A DNA stretch of 63,229 bases, filler included, from Chiloscyllium plagiosum (Eukaryota), in the NCBI RefSeq assembly GCF_004010195.1. It is 5 parts of one record of this genome, joined end to end, with 100 filler letters (N's around TTAATTAATTAA, not from the genome) between each part and the next. Parts side by side here need not be neighbours in the genome. Positions count along the whole stretch, not along the records: positions 36,602 to 53,000 come from NC_057716.1; 4 more parts are not named here. One strand, written 5' to 3'. Of this stretch, positions 37,928-50,902 are shown one piece after another. The translations under genes were made by a program, and so were the position numbers. The notes beneath the pieces are model-generated. The model was given only the letters and a program-made list of their open reading frames with translations. It made no database searches and was not told the origin of the DNA. The first letter of the stretch is position 1, and each line of letters begins with the position of its first letter.

Positions 37928-39279
37928 TATTTTTTAAAGCTATCTGCAGTGCCAATCCATATTCCTGAGCACATTCCTGATGAAGGTCTTATGCCCAAAA
38001 TGTCAGCTCTCCTGCTCCTACTTATCCCCACTTGGCCACCCCCTTTACCTGCAGCTCCCCCTCAAGCCCAGTCCTGAAGAAGGGTTACACTCAAAAACGT
38101 TAACTTCTGCACCTCCTGATGCTTCCTGGCTTGCTGTGTTCTTCCAGCCTCTTGCCTGTCTACATTGGATTCCAGCATCTGCAGGGTTTTTTGTGCCTTT
38201 TGGCTGATTCTCAGCTTCAAATCCACTTTACCACTAAATCCTTCAATTCCCAGAGACCAAAACCTGTCTAACTCAGCCTTAAAAACATCTAATGATGGGG
38301 GTTCCACAAACCCCACAAAGTACATAACTTGGAAGATGGTGGAAGGGTCAATAACACATGGGACATAGATTTAAGGTAAAAGGCTGAGTGGCGATTTAAG
38401 TAAGTTTTCACCCAGAGGGTGAAAGAGTGGTAAGAGGTGGACATGATCAGAACACTTAATAAATATTTAGAGGTACACATGAAACTCCATAACACACAAG
38501 GCTATGTGCCAAGTGCTGGAAATGGTGCCAAGTATATAGGTGCTTGATGGTTGGTGTGGACATGATGGCCTGAAGGACCTCTTGCTGTAAGAAATCTATG
38601 CTCTGAAGAGTCACAATCCTTTGAATGAAGATATTTCTCCTCATCTCTGTCCTAAAGGATTAGCCCTACCAGAGACTCCAGTCAGGAGAAACAAGCTCTG
38701 CCTTGTCAAGACCTTTCAGAATCCCAAATGTTTCCAAGAGATTACCAATCTTCCAAACCTCAGAGAATGTAGTCACAATTTATTACCCTCTCATCTCAGG
38801 AAACAACCATTTGCTATATTTAAAGGGAAAACTATTTGTCCTTAAATATGGAAGCCAAAAGCACATGCAATAGTCAAGATTTTTTACTTCAATTCATTCA
38901 CACGATGTTGGTGTTTCTGGCTAGACCAGCATTTTTAGCCCATTCCTAAATGACCAGAGGACAGTTAAGAGTCAACCATATTGTTGTGGGTCTGGAGTCA
39001 CATGTAGGCTGGCTATTTCGTTTTCCTAAAGGAAGTTAGTGAACCAGATAGGTTTTCTTACGACAGTAAGCAGTGGTTACATGGCGAGTATTCATCTTGG
39101 TTTTTATTATTGAATTCTTTATTGAATTCAAATTTCACACCGATCATGGTGAGATTCAAACCCATGTCTCATAGCATTAACCTGGGGTTCTGGGTTTCTG
39201 GTCCAGTGACATTATTGCTACATTACCAGGTGGTCTCACCAAATCCCTGAATAATTTATCAAGACTTCCTTTTTTTGTA

Positions 39280-39462
39280 GAAAGGTAGAAACAATGACTG
39301 CAGATGCTGGAAACCAGATTCTGGATTAGTGGTGCTGGAAGAGCACAGCAATTCAGGCAGCATCCGAGGAGCAGTAAAATCAACGTTTCGGGCAAAAGCC
39401 CTGTGCTGCTCCTTGGATGCTGCCTGAACTGCTGTGATCTTCCAGCACCACTAATCCAGAAT
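39280..39462. mobile_element. Inverted dimer of a Penelope-derived short element with TSD
   Basis: ttctggattagtggtgctggaagagcacagcaattcaggcagcatcc vs ggatgctgcctgaactgctgtgatcttccagcaccactaatccagaa; both flanks ttcc(T)ngta. Confidence 0.85.
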
Positions 39463-39842
39463 TCCTTTTTTTGTACACCAGCAAACCACACTGTCCAATG
39501 CCAATTAGAGATGGAAAACAAATTCTGACCTTGCCAACAACACAAACATCCCATAGTAAGAATAAAGGAATAAAAAATTACAACTGCTTCCACCAACTGG
39601 AAAGGTGTCAGGAATTGTTGTGCATGCATACTGAGCTCTCACTGTGGGATTCATTGGTCAGCTTTGATCAGTTATGTCTGAGGTTATTGGTATCTTAAAT
39701 TTATCAAATAGTTCATTATTAAAAAGCTGTCTTAAAATAAACAGGATATACCATGAACATGTTAACTGATGTGCCAACAACAGCACATAAGACATTTAAA
39801 CCCTGAAATGAAGTTCTTTCAAGATTGGATTGGAAGAATTAG

Positions 39843-40598
39843 AACATTAAATTTGCTGACAAGACCACAATTGTTGGTTGGATTTCAAACAATGACAATA
39901 CAAAATACAGGAAAGAGATTGAGTGCTTAGCAGCATGGTGTAAAGTCAACAATCTCCCCATCAACGTCAACAAAACAAAGGAGCAAGTCATTGACTTCAG
40001 CAAGCAGAGTGGAGGGCACACCCTTGTCTGCATCAATGAGGGTGAGATGGAGATGGTTGAGAGCGTCATGTTCCTGGGAGTGATGATCACCAACAATCTG
40101 TCCTGGTCCGTCCCCGTTGATGCAAAGGTCAAGAAAGCACAACAATGTCTCTACTTCCTCAGGAGGCTAAGGAAAGTTACAAGTCCATAAGGATGATTAC
40201 CATTTTTATAGATGCACCATAAAAGGCATTCTATCTGCATCACAGCGTGGTATGGCGACTGCTCTTCCCAAGACCGTAAGCAACAACAGAGACTCCTCCG
40301 CCCTGGTTATAGTCTCCTCAACCCTCTTCCATCAAGCAGAAGATATATAAGTTTGAAAATATGTACAAATAGGTTCAACAACAGCTTCTTTCCCACTGTT
40401 ATCAGACTTTTGAAAAGACTTCTCAAATGTTAATTCTGATTTCTCTCTCTGCACATTCTCTGTGGCTGTCACACTGCATTCTACACTCTGTTCTGCCATC
40501 CTGATACACTTTGTATGGTAATATCTGTCTGTATAGCGTGCATAACAACACTTTTCATTGTATCTTGGTATGCAGCAATAATGAATGAATGAATCAAT
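39843..40598 (+). mobile_element. Rex-Babar-type LINE 3' fragment
   Basis: KFADKTTIVGWISNNDNTKYRKEIECLAAWCKVNNLPINVNKTKEQVIDF; (AATG)n tail. Confidence 0.88.
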
Positions 40599-41418
40599 AA
40601 AAATAGTTGACTATGTCATTGAAGTCATCAAGATTAGATTTGTCTTTCTGTACAGAAATGGAAACGAACAGTAAAACACTGTGCAGAAGCACTTTATATT
40701 TTGAGAAAATTGTACAATGGCACAAAGCTGATAGTTACTAGTGCAATGTTACAAAAATATGTGAATGCATTCAAACAGGACTATCTTATTGCATCACAGA
40801 AAGGAGCAATGCTTACATTACTGAAGGAAAAAAGAAGCCTCTTATTCTATTCTTGAATCAAGAGAATAGGTTTTAATAGGACAAATGCACTTTTTGCTCT
40901 TTCCGTTATCTCATTTTTCATGTGTGTAATGTCCACCAGTCTTACAATCTCCCATGATCTTTGCAGTCCTCTAATTTAGCCTTTTGCACATTTATGATTT
41001 TTAATTGCTTTTCCAGAGACAAAAGGACCTTCAACTGTTTAGCTACCAAATAGTGTAAACTGAAAAGTAAACATAAGGTGCAGATGTTTGTTAGTATTTC
41101 AATCATCATGCATTGATGAAACCTTTTAAAGGAGAACACTGCCAGGTCCTTCTTCAGGCTCATTTCTCTCCTCACCCACTCTCTTAAATCCTCTTCCTCC
41201 CTTTGTCAACCTCTTCCCATGCATTTCCCCAAATATTCTGCCATATATTTAAATAGTTATAATAATTTTGAGGAGTTTTGAGGATTCTCTCTAAGTTTAT
41301 CAACATGTTTACAAATTCTTCCAAAAGGTCCATTAAACACTGCTCACATCTCCATGCTGAACTTGTGTCTGTGTTGATGATGCTGTCAGTTTTTCGAAAT
41401 TCTGTGATCCTCTCTCCT

Positions 41419-41904
41419 CATAGAGTCATAGAGATGTACAGCACAGAAACAGACCCTTCAGTCCAACTCGTCCATGCCGACCAGATATCCTAACCTAATC
41501 TAGTCCCATTTGTCAGCACTTGGCCCATATCTCTCTAAATCCTTCCTATTCATATACCCATCAGATGCCTTTTAAATGCTGTGATTGTACCAGCCTCCAC
41601 CACTTCCTCTGGCAGCTCATTCCATACACGCACCATCCTCTGCATGAAATAGTTGCCCCTTACATCTCTTTTATATCTTTCTCCTCTCACCCTAAACGTA
41701 TGGCCTCTAGTTCTAGACTCCCACACCGCAGGGAAAAGATCTTGTCTACTTATCCTAACCATGCCCTTCATGATTTTATAAACCTCTATAAGGTCACCCC
41801 TCAGCCTCTGACACTCCAGGGAAAATAGCCCCAGCCTATTCAGCCTCTTCCTATACCTCAAATCCTCCAACCCTGGCAACATCCTTGTAAATCTTTTCTG
41901 AACC
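41419..41904 (-). mobile_element. CR1 3' fragment inserted into a pseudo-exon, 7-bp TSD
   Basis: MLPGLEDLRYRKRLNRLGLFSLE...; CTCTCCT at 41412-41418 and 41905-41911. Confidence 0.95.
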
Positions 41905-42264
41905 CTCTCCTATTGAAATTCTGATGATGTTTTTTCTCTGCAGTAATGTATATCCACCAGCAGAAGACGGTATTACATTACTTTAATCAAAAGATATGGA
42001 AATAGGTTTGAGGAAGAGGTAATCTAACACTCATTCATCCTGAGAGAATAAGGTTAGTGTATGTTGTATGCAATCAGTGGCAGTGCCGACTCTATTCTGA
42101 TTAGACAAGGGATTGGAGAATAAACCACCAAAAAGCAAGACATTATTGAGGCCTTTGATTCCTATTTTAGTTTACAGCACATCCCTATATTAGATCGGTT
42201 GAAGTTCAGTTGGCTCAGCCAGGAACTGGTGAGACTATTGATTCTTTAATAACTGACTTATAAT

Positions 42265-42370
42265 GCCTCATTCCTGATGAAGGCCATATGCTCGAAACAT
42301 CAATTCTCCTACTCCTCAGATGCTGCTTGACCGGCTGTAGTTTTCCAGTACCACTCTCTTCGACTCTGTA
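42265..42370 (+). mobile_element. Short Penelope-derived element with decayed hammerhead core
   Basis: attcctgatgaaggccatatgctcgaaacatcaattctcc. Confidence 0.75.
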
Positions 42371-43971
42371 CTGCCTCAGTGTCAATGAACAATATTGAAC
42401 ATTGAAAGTGGCGCTCATAAGAGGCCAAGTCATAATGATGTTACTGGATGAAATGTGATATTGTTGACCCAAAGATCATGAAGCAAGGTGCTTTATTTCA
42501 CTGGCATCAGGTCATTACAAAAATTAAGATTGAATGAGAAAGTATTTATATGGTAGTATTCATTTTTATAATAGAGCCTGTAGTTTACATTGGGTTGACA
42601 AATTATTTGTCTGTCTGTCCTTCTTCTTCCCATAGAAAACACATTCAACTGCTCCAGTTGCCCTCCCTCACCTTCACCATCTGCTATAGGTCCCAGCACT
42701 GTTGCATGAGCTCCTTTGCTCAGCACCTTCCCTCACCATTACCACCTCCTGCTGGAGGGTCTTTACAGATGCTTTTTTCAGATTTTTTTAATTGTCCAAA
42801 TAGCACCTTACAATGGGCAAATCAGTGCAGTTTGCTAGGCAGGCTGCACTTAACATGGAAAACAGACTTTTTAATCCAAGGGGCAGGGAAGCTTCCTGGG
42901 GTCAGAGTGCCAATTTCAGGTCATCAATCAGAGAGTTACCAATTTACTTGTAAGACACCAGAAACAATGAGAAGAGCTTACACTCATTGTTCCATGGCCA
43001 GGTTGCAGCAGGTGAACTCCATATCACTGCTAAGCCTGCCCAGGCATTAATGCTGTAGGAGAAGCCAGCAGTAGAAGAGCTCGTTCTGCGAAATAAAAAT
43101 TTAAAACTAGACCACTCCAATCTGCAACTGTCCAAAAAGTAAATGATACTGAAAAATGAGATATATTTTTCTTAGTGGAACTGAAATTGTAGAATCAATT
43201 GTCGATGAAGGAACTCTCTAAAGCAAGAGATGGATATTGCAGATATTTCATTTCTTTTTAGGCAGAGACTAAAAGAGAAGGAAATCGATACACAAAGATG
43301 GAGGTATCCAGTTGCAAGATGACATTCTATTTTTTACAACACATTTTCAGAAAAGGGTGGAAAAGAATGAAGATGATACTTATGCTAATGACTTGTTGGA
43401 GATTGAGGCCCTTAGTCTTGCTCTTTGAAGATAGCATAAATGATGACCTTGATCAAAGCAATGTTGTTTCTTTTTGAGGGGAACCACGTCATTTAAACAA
43501 TATACTGCCAGTAGAAATGATACCATAGGCGTTTCTGTGTCTAATTACTGTTTTAAATGAAAGTACTAATTCAGCAAACTCAAGTTTAGCAGAAATAATT
43601 TGTCATTATATAGCTTGTTAATTATGAACTTGATAAAGGAATTACTGTCACTGTCCTGGTGGGTCAGATACCATGGCTGAAGAAAGAGAGGTTACAAAGA
43701 AGAAACAAGATGGTACAAATGGAACAATTCCAAAGACTAGAAAATATTGCAACACAATCAGTGCTCAACAGTTGAAAATCTGTTTGGGTTCACAATCAAC
43801 ATCCCTTACTTTTGAGACTATAAGTACCTGCCTTTATACTGTAAACACTGAATACCCTTACCTAACAAAAAGCTAATAATATCAGTTTTGAGGCTATCAA
43901 TTGACAACCCACTCAACTTGACCAGCGTTTCAGAGAGAGTTTCTGATTTTCCCTACTCTTTGAGTGAAGTT

Positions 43972-44698
43972 AGAAATCAGACAACACCAAGTTATACTCC
44001 AACAGGTTTATTTGAAATAACACAAGCTCTCAGAGTGCAGCCCCTTTGTCAGGTGCAGTGAGACAGCAGCGCACACAGGCCCAGAGTTTATAGGCAGCGA
44101 GATCAAGGGCAGAGAGATCAAAAGAACATCCAATCGATGTGAGTGGAGTGTCAGAACATAAGTCTCTGCAAGTGACTAAGAGTGTTAGATGATGTGTAAA
44201 GTGTTTATAAAGTCAATGTCAGTGCTGTGCTGTCATGATAATCAGGTAGAGCAATAGGAATATGAAAAAGGTGACAACTCAGGTCAGACACTGAATTGTA
44301 GGTGTGACACTTTGTTCAGAATCTGTCTCAGAGTTTTAATCCGGAATTAGGCTGGTTTTATTCTGAAAACTGGAATTTATAAGACACCACATTGACTGAC
44401 CGTGACTACAGAATGCTTCTGCAAATAAACAAACACCTTGGATGAAATTATTCATTTCAGCTTTCGGAATAAAACCAACCTAAATCCAGGTTAAAACTCT
44501 GAGACAGATTCTGAACAAACCTTCATACCTACAATTCAATGTCTAACCTGAGATGTCACCTTTTGTATATTTCTATTGCTTTGCTTGATTGTCATGACAG
44601 TTCAGCATTGACATTGACTTTATAAACACTTCACACATCGTCTGACATGCTTGGTCACCTGCAGACACTGATTGTCTGACAATCCACTCACACCAGTT
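43972..44698. mobile_element. Inverted pair of Penelope-like 3' fragments; a further related fragment at 46617-46800
   Basis: ~44130-44370 is reverse-complementary to ~44465-44695; terminal repeat acaacaccaagttatactccaacagg at 43981. Confidence 0.8.
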
Positions 44699-45503
44699 CA
44701 TAGAGTCATACTGATGTACAGCACGGAAACAGACCCTTCGGTCCAACTTGTCCATGCTGACCAGATATCCCAACCCAATTTAGTCTCACCTGCCAGCACC
44801 TGGCCTATATCTCTCCAAACCCTTCCTATTCATATACCCATCCAGATGCCTTTTAAAATGTTGCAATTGTACTAGCCTCCACCACTTCCTCTGGCAGCTC
44901 ATTCCATAGACATACCACCCTCTACGTGAAAAGGTTGCCACTTACGTCTCTTTTATATCTTTCCCCTCTCACCTTAAACCTATGCCCTCTAGTTATGGAC
45001 TCCCCCACCCCAGCGAAAAGACTTGGTCTATTTATCCTAAACATGCCCCTCATGATTTTATAAACCTCTATAAGGTCACCCCTCAGCCTCTGACGCTCCA
45101 GGGAAAACAGCCCAGCCCGTTCAGCCTCTCCCTATAGCTCAAATCCTCCAACCTTGGCAACATGCTTGTAAGTTTTTTCTGAACCTTTTTAAGTTTCACA
45201 ACATCCTTCCGATAGGAAGGAGAACAGAATTGCACACAATATTCCAAAAGTGGCCTAACCAATGTCCTGTACAGCCGCAACATGATCTCCCAACTCCTGT
45301 ACTCAGGACTAATAAAGGAAAGCATACCAAACACCTTCTTTACTATCCTATCTACCTGCGACTCCACTTTCAAGGAGCTATAAACCTGCATTCCAAGGTC
45401 TCTTCATTCAGCAACACTCCCTAGGACCTTACCATTAAGTGTATAAGTCCTGCTAAGATTTGCTTTCCCAAAATGCAGCACCTCACATTTATCTAAATTA
45501 AAC
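44699..45503 (-). mobile_element. CR1 3' fragment
   Basis: LRLYRTLVRPLLEYCVQF plus tail. Confidence 0.95.
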
Positions 45504-45750
45504 TAATGTGATTTTGTTTGTTTGAGTTTCTCATCTGCAACTCCTGCCCTTATATTATTTCCTGAAATTGATTTAGGACATTAAAAAAAGGGGTGTGAGA
45601 GAGAGACCCCAAAAATATATAAAGGGAAAAGACATAAAAACTGACCTACTTTCAGGTCCTACTCAAAATTCACTGTCTCTGTAATTCCTTACAAACTCAA
45701 CAAGAGATGTGCACTTCTCTAATTCTCGATTGCTGAGGATTCCTGATTTT

Positions 45751-45847
45751 AAGAGTACAGTTTCACAAAAAAAAGTGAAACTGTACTCTTACTGTACTTA
45801 GTGAGGGGCAGAGGTTTAGCCTCCAGACTAAACCTCTGCACCTCACT
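45751..45847. repeat. Two adjacent hairpin-forming inverted repeats
   Basis: aagagtacagtttcac-A8-gtgaaactgtactctt (perfect 16 bp); agtgaggggcagaggtttag-cctccaga-ctaaacctctgcacctcact (19/20 bp). Confidence 0.95.
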
Positions 45848-48571
45848 GTCATCCTTTAAGGTGCTCCTTAATATCTGCTATTTTGCAAAATATTCAGCAA
45901 CGCATTTGCTCATCTGCCGTTATCTGCTTACGTAGTGCAGTATCAAAAGTTGTTTCACCTTCCCAAAAGAGCTTGCAGTTAGGATTGGCTTTTCCTGCAC
46001 ATTTCTCTTCAACTTCTCAGTTTATAGTGACCATCAAATCCTGCACCATTTTTATTTCTGTAAGCCTGCTCACCCTGCTTTGTTTTGTTGTCCACAGATA
46101 CTACCTGACCTGCTGAGTATTTCCAGATGTTGCTCTTGTTATTTCAGATTTCCAGTATCTTTTGGCAGGTATTGCTCACAGAACCAAGTGGAGAAACCGA
46201 CAGGTCAGTTCAGAGCTGCTTTGAATCAAGCTGAATGTTGGTTGCAGCAGTTGGTCCCTGACCTCCAGATCAGGTCCCTTTCAGTAAGTCTTTGGACCAT
46301 TGAGTAATTATAATAGAGCACAAAAGAACCAGGAGTAGGCATGACAGTCACTTGAACCTCAATCACCATTTAATATGATCATGGCTGGTCTCATCTAGGC
46401 ATCGACTCCACTTTCTTGTCTTCTCCCTCAACCCTTCAACTAATTAAAAAGCTATTTCCTCCTCAAATTTATTCAACGTTCTGTACTCATCACACCCTGA
46501 GATAGTGAATTCCACAGATTCATGATCTTTCGAGAAGTTATTTTGCCTCATCCGTTGTAAATCGGTCAGGTTAGTCTCAAATTATGACCTCGCATTTGAG
46601 ATTACCTCCCAAGGGGACCAGTTGTATGATCTTTTTATCTCTCTGCTCTTAATCTCTCTGTCTATAAACTCTGGGTCTGTGTGCGCTGCTCTCTCACTGC
46701 ACCTGACAAAGGGGCTGTGCTCAAAATGCTTGTGTGATTTCAAAGAAACCCGTTGGACTATAACCTGGTGTTGTGTACCCCAGTCTAATACCAGAACCTC
46801 CATATTTGAGTGAAGTTGTTCTTCCTCACATGGCCTCTGAATACTCTATCACTAATAGTAATGTTACCAATCATCCGCATCAGCATTAGGTTAAGTTTAG
46901 GTTTATTGTCACATGTCTTCACGTCAGTACAGTGAAAGTTTTACAAGTCACCACTTAAGGCGCCATCTTAGTTACAGAATCTTAATTACAATGCAGAAAA
47001 TAGGGAAAAACAAAGTGAAAAAGTTAACGCTATAGTCCTTCTTACTAAACGTAGAAACACATTTAACAGTTCAACACCATAGTCATGCTGGACATGCACT
47101 CTTCACAAGGGCTTGACCTCCCCTGCTTTCTGCTCGACTTGCCTCTGTCCCAGGCTGCTTGTTCTCGTCACCTTGCAACCTGCTCCTGCTCTCGCCATCT
47201 TAACAGCCTGCTTCCATTCTTGCCACTGGCCACCTCAGGCTGTCTGCTCCCACACTCACCACGTGTGTCCTGGACTGCCTGCTACAGACCAATATCCATG
47301 TTCTGCAAACATTTAAAGTGTGGTACTAACGAAACCAGGCATGACCTACTGAGATAGTGTTCCTAATAATGAAAGCCAATAAATGAAAACAATCTGAAGA
47401 TGGGTCTTGAAAATTTCAAGAGATGGGGCTATGACTGTTTTCCTTGGTGTCGTGTTACAGTGTAGAATTGTGATTGCAAGGCAACAATGTTGACAAACCC
47501 TTGGAAACAAATGGTCTCTGGAGTTCCTCAATCATAGCCATCGAAATTCAAACAGTCCTTAAACTTCCAAACTTAGAGAAAAATGAGCCTAATCCATGAA
47601 ATTAGTCCTCATAATTAAATTTTTAGTTTTGGTATTGTTTTGATTCTAAGTATGATTTTAATGGTTTTGTTCTCAGGAATTTCATTCAAATGTATTGACA
47701 AACCTGTTATGAGTAATTAGCTGAAGCATGTTTATAGTTCAGAGATGGAAGATTATGTTGTTTCTCTTAGGTTTACTGTATACTGGTTGCTTGGTGCTAC
47801 AGAGCTTGAATACTGTTGAAAATTGAGACATTGTCAAAACTTCTCATATTGTAGGCTTCAGGACAAAAGCCACAACATCAAATTTCTCAATGGTTGCTTC
47901 ATTGAATCAAACAGCCTGTTCTTTCATTTGTTTATGCAGGTTAAAGCATCACCAGTCTTCTCTCTCTAAAGAAAGCGTGGCCCCGTGGTCTGGTAAGACT
48001 ATGGGGGCTTTACCTGTACAGGACAGAGTTAAGTCTGCACTCGAACAGCTTGCGCATCTAAAATCCAAAACTAAATGTCTACTGTTAGATGTGATACTAT
48101 GATTGGGTAGTATATGTTGAATAATCCTGAGTCTGCTTATAGCAACATGAACAACTCATTTCAGGTGATCAATTAAGCTCATAGCATGGCTCATTTAAAC
48201 TTGCTAGAAGAGATGTTCATAAGCAGGGACCCTTTCTCTGCAAATAAAAAGCAAATACACGTACTGGCCTGTTTCTATGCAGTATCACTATGACTCTATG
48301 TTCATGCCTTGCACCATCTTTGAATTATCCAACAGTTTGGAGTACCTACTGTCCCCATTGCTTTCTCAATGGCAATCAGAGTCCATTTGATAACCCATGA
48401 GTATTCTTTTCTCCTATAATATAATCTATCGTGATCGTTTGAATTGTGGAATTCTTGCAGTTGTCCTGATCCATGGAAGAGAAAAGCTTCATAAATATGT
48501 CTCTTTTCATAGTAATTGTACAATGCGAGCTTGGCTTGGAGGTAGCATTTTCTCATGAGAAAGAACATTGT

Positions 48572-50145
48572 GAGTTATAGAGTCATAAAGATGTACAGCA
48601 TGGAAAAAGACCCTTCGGTCAAACGCCAAACAGATATCCTAAATTAATCTAGTCTCATTTGCCAGCACGTGGCCCATATCCCTCCAACCCAGATGCCTTT
48701 TAAATGTTGTAATTGCAGCAGCCTCCACCACTTCCTCTGGTAGTTCATTCCATACATGCACCACCCTCTGGATGAAGAAGTTACCCCTTAGGAACCTTTT
48801 AAATGTTTTTCCCTGTCATTCTAAACCTTTGGCCTTTGGTTTTGGATTCCCCCCTCCAGGGAAAAGACTTTGTCTATTTATCCTATCCATGCTCCTCATG
48901 ATTTTATAAACCTCTATAACGTCACCCCTCAGCCTCAGACACTCCAAGGAAAACAGCCCTACCCAATTCAACCTCTCCCTATAGCTCAAATCCTCCAACC
49001 CTGGCAAAATCCTTGTAAATCTTTTCTGAATCCTTTCAAGTTTTCAATAGGAAGGAGACCAGAATTACATGCAATATTCCAACAGTGGCCTAACCAATGT
49101 CCAGTACAGCCGCAACATGACCTCCCAACTCCTATATTCAATGTTCCGACCAATAAATGAAAGCATACCAAACACCTTCTTCACTATCCTACCTACTTGC
49201 GACTCCACTTTCAAGGAACTATGAACCTGCACTCCAAGGTCTCTTTGTTCAGCAACTCTCCCCAGGACCTTACGATTAAGTGTAGAATTCTGCCCTGATT
49301 TTCCTTTCCAAAATGCAGCATCTCACATTTATCTAAATTGAACTCCATTTGACACTCCTCGGCCCATTGAATCAAGATCCTGTTCTACTTGAAGGTAGCC
49401 TTCTTTGCTGTCCACTGCACCTGCAATTTTGGTTTCATCTGCAAACATACTAACTATACCTCCTATGTTCACATCCAAATCATTTATATAAATGACAAAA
49501 AACAGTGAACCTAGCACCGATTCTTGTGGCACACAACTGGTCACAGGCCTTCAGTCTGAAAAGCAACACTCCACTAGCACCTCTGTCTTCTACCTTCGAG
49601 CCAGCTCTGTATTGAAATGGCTAGTTCTTCCTGTATTCCATGTGGTGTAACCTTGCTCACCAGTCTACCATGAGGATCCTTATCAAACGCCTTATGGAGG
49701 TCCATATGGATCACGTCCACCGCTCGGCCCTTACCAATCCTCTTTGTTACTTCTTCAAAAAACTTAATCAGATTAGTGAGACATGATTTCCCACACACAA
49801 ATCCACATTGACTATCCCTAAACAGTCCTTGCCTTTCCAAGTACATGTAAATCCTGTCCCTCATGATTTCCTCCAACAATTTGCCCACTGTCGATGTCAG
49901 GCTCACCAGTCTATAATTCCCTGGATTTTCCTTACCACCTTCCTTAAATAGAGGTACCACATTAGCCAACCTCCAGTCTTCCGGCATCTCACCTGTGATT
50001 ATTGATGATACAAATATCTTAGCAAGAGTCCCAGCAATCGCTTCCCTAGCTTCTCATAAAGTTTTAGGGTATATCTGCTCAGGTTCTGGGGATTTATCTA
50101 TCTTTATGCGTGTTAAGACATCCAGCACCTCCTCCTCTCTAATAT
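48572..50145 (-). mobile_element. 5'-truncated CR1 inserted into a pseudo-exon
   Basis: MPEDWRLANVVPLFKEG..., VPQESVLGSLFFVIYINDLD, FADETK. Confidence 0.96.
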
Positions 50146-50552
50146 GGATTTGAGAATGTAAATTTTCGTAACACTGTAGTGCTTTATTGGGGAAATGCTG
50201 TATTGCCAGAGTTGACAGCAGCTCGATGAAATGCGAAACTGAAAGCATCCCTCACATCTGACTGCAGCATCATTTCAAAAAAGGACAATGTGGTGCACTA
50301 ACCATCCAGCCCATCACCCACTTGTTTCTCACCCCGATCCAGCACCCATATTGTTCACTCATGAACCAGTCTTGAGTCACAGGCCCTAGGAAGTCTCTGT
50401 GGGTTTGTGGAGTTCTATGGGCCCCATTTGAGAACCATTGTTATATTAACCTGTCCATAATTTATCACTTATTGCCCATAAATGTTTACAAATAGTAGCT
50501 TGTGACTCCTGGTTTACTGAGTCTGGCATTGTTCCTCTAGTATAATGCAGCA

Positions 50553-50902
50553 CTATGGTGCAGTGGTTAGGACTGTTGTCTCACAGCACCAGGGACTGGG
50601 TTTGATTCTCACTCTCAGGTGACTGTTTGTGTCGAGTTTGCATATTCTCCCTGTGTCTGCATGGGTTTCCTCTGGGTGCTCTGCCTTCTGCCCACAGTCC
50701 AAAGATGTGCAGGTTAGGTGGATTGACCATGCTAAATTGCACATAGTGTCCAGGGATGTGTAGGCTATATGGATTAGAAACGGAGAAACCCATGGGAAAT
50801 CCAGGGTCACACAGACAGTGAGTGAGTCTGCATGAGAGGCTCTCCAGAGAGTTGGTGCAGACTTGTTGGGCTGAATGGCCTGTTTCCATACTGTAGGGAT
50901 GC
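50553..50902 (+). mobile_element. HE1-type tRNA SINE
   Basis: tggtgcagtggttaggactg (A box), gggtttgattc (B box), CR1-like tail. Confidence 0.9.

Noticed and set aside
40656..40857. 66-codon + strand open frame after a good acceptor (KWKRTVKHCAEAL...)
   Set aside because: Lies antisense to the minus-strand pseudo-exon region and has no other support. Not fully excluded as a terminal exon.
41060..41122. Possible 63-bp intron in the pseudogene
   Set aside because: Very short, weak donor, and reads through in frame, so treated as exon.
42550..43050. 166-aa + strand ORF
   Set aside because: No domain similarity. The region looks like a decayed Harbinger-associated repeat read antisense.
47330..47560. 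Possible additional minus-strand exon of the pseudogene
   Set aside because: Stops in all three frames and no recognisable motif, so a frame cannot be assigned.
48440..48500. EAFLFHGS resembling the PARP catalytic LLFHG motif
   Set aside because: Downstream PARP motifs (GxGxYF) are absent, and the surrounding motifs fit the Mab-21 C-lobe better.
50553..50640. tRNA-like A and B boxes
   Set aside because: Head of an HE1-type SINE, not a cloverleaf tRNA gene.
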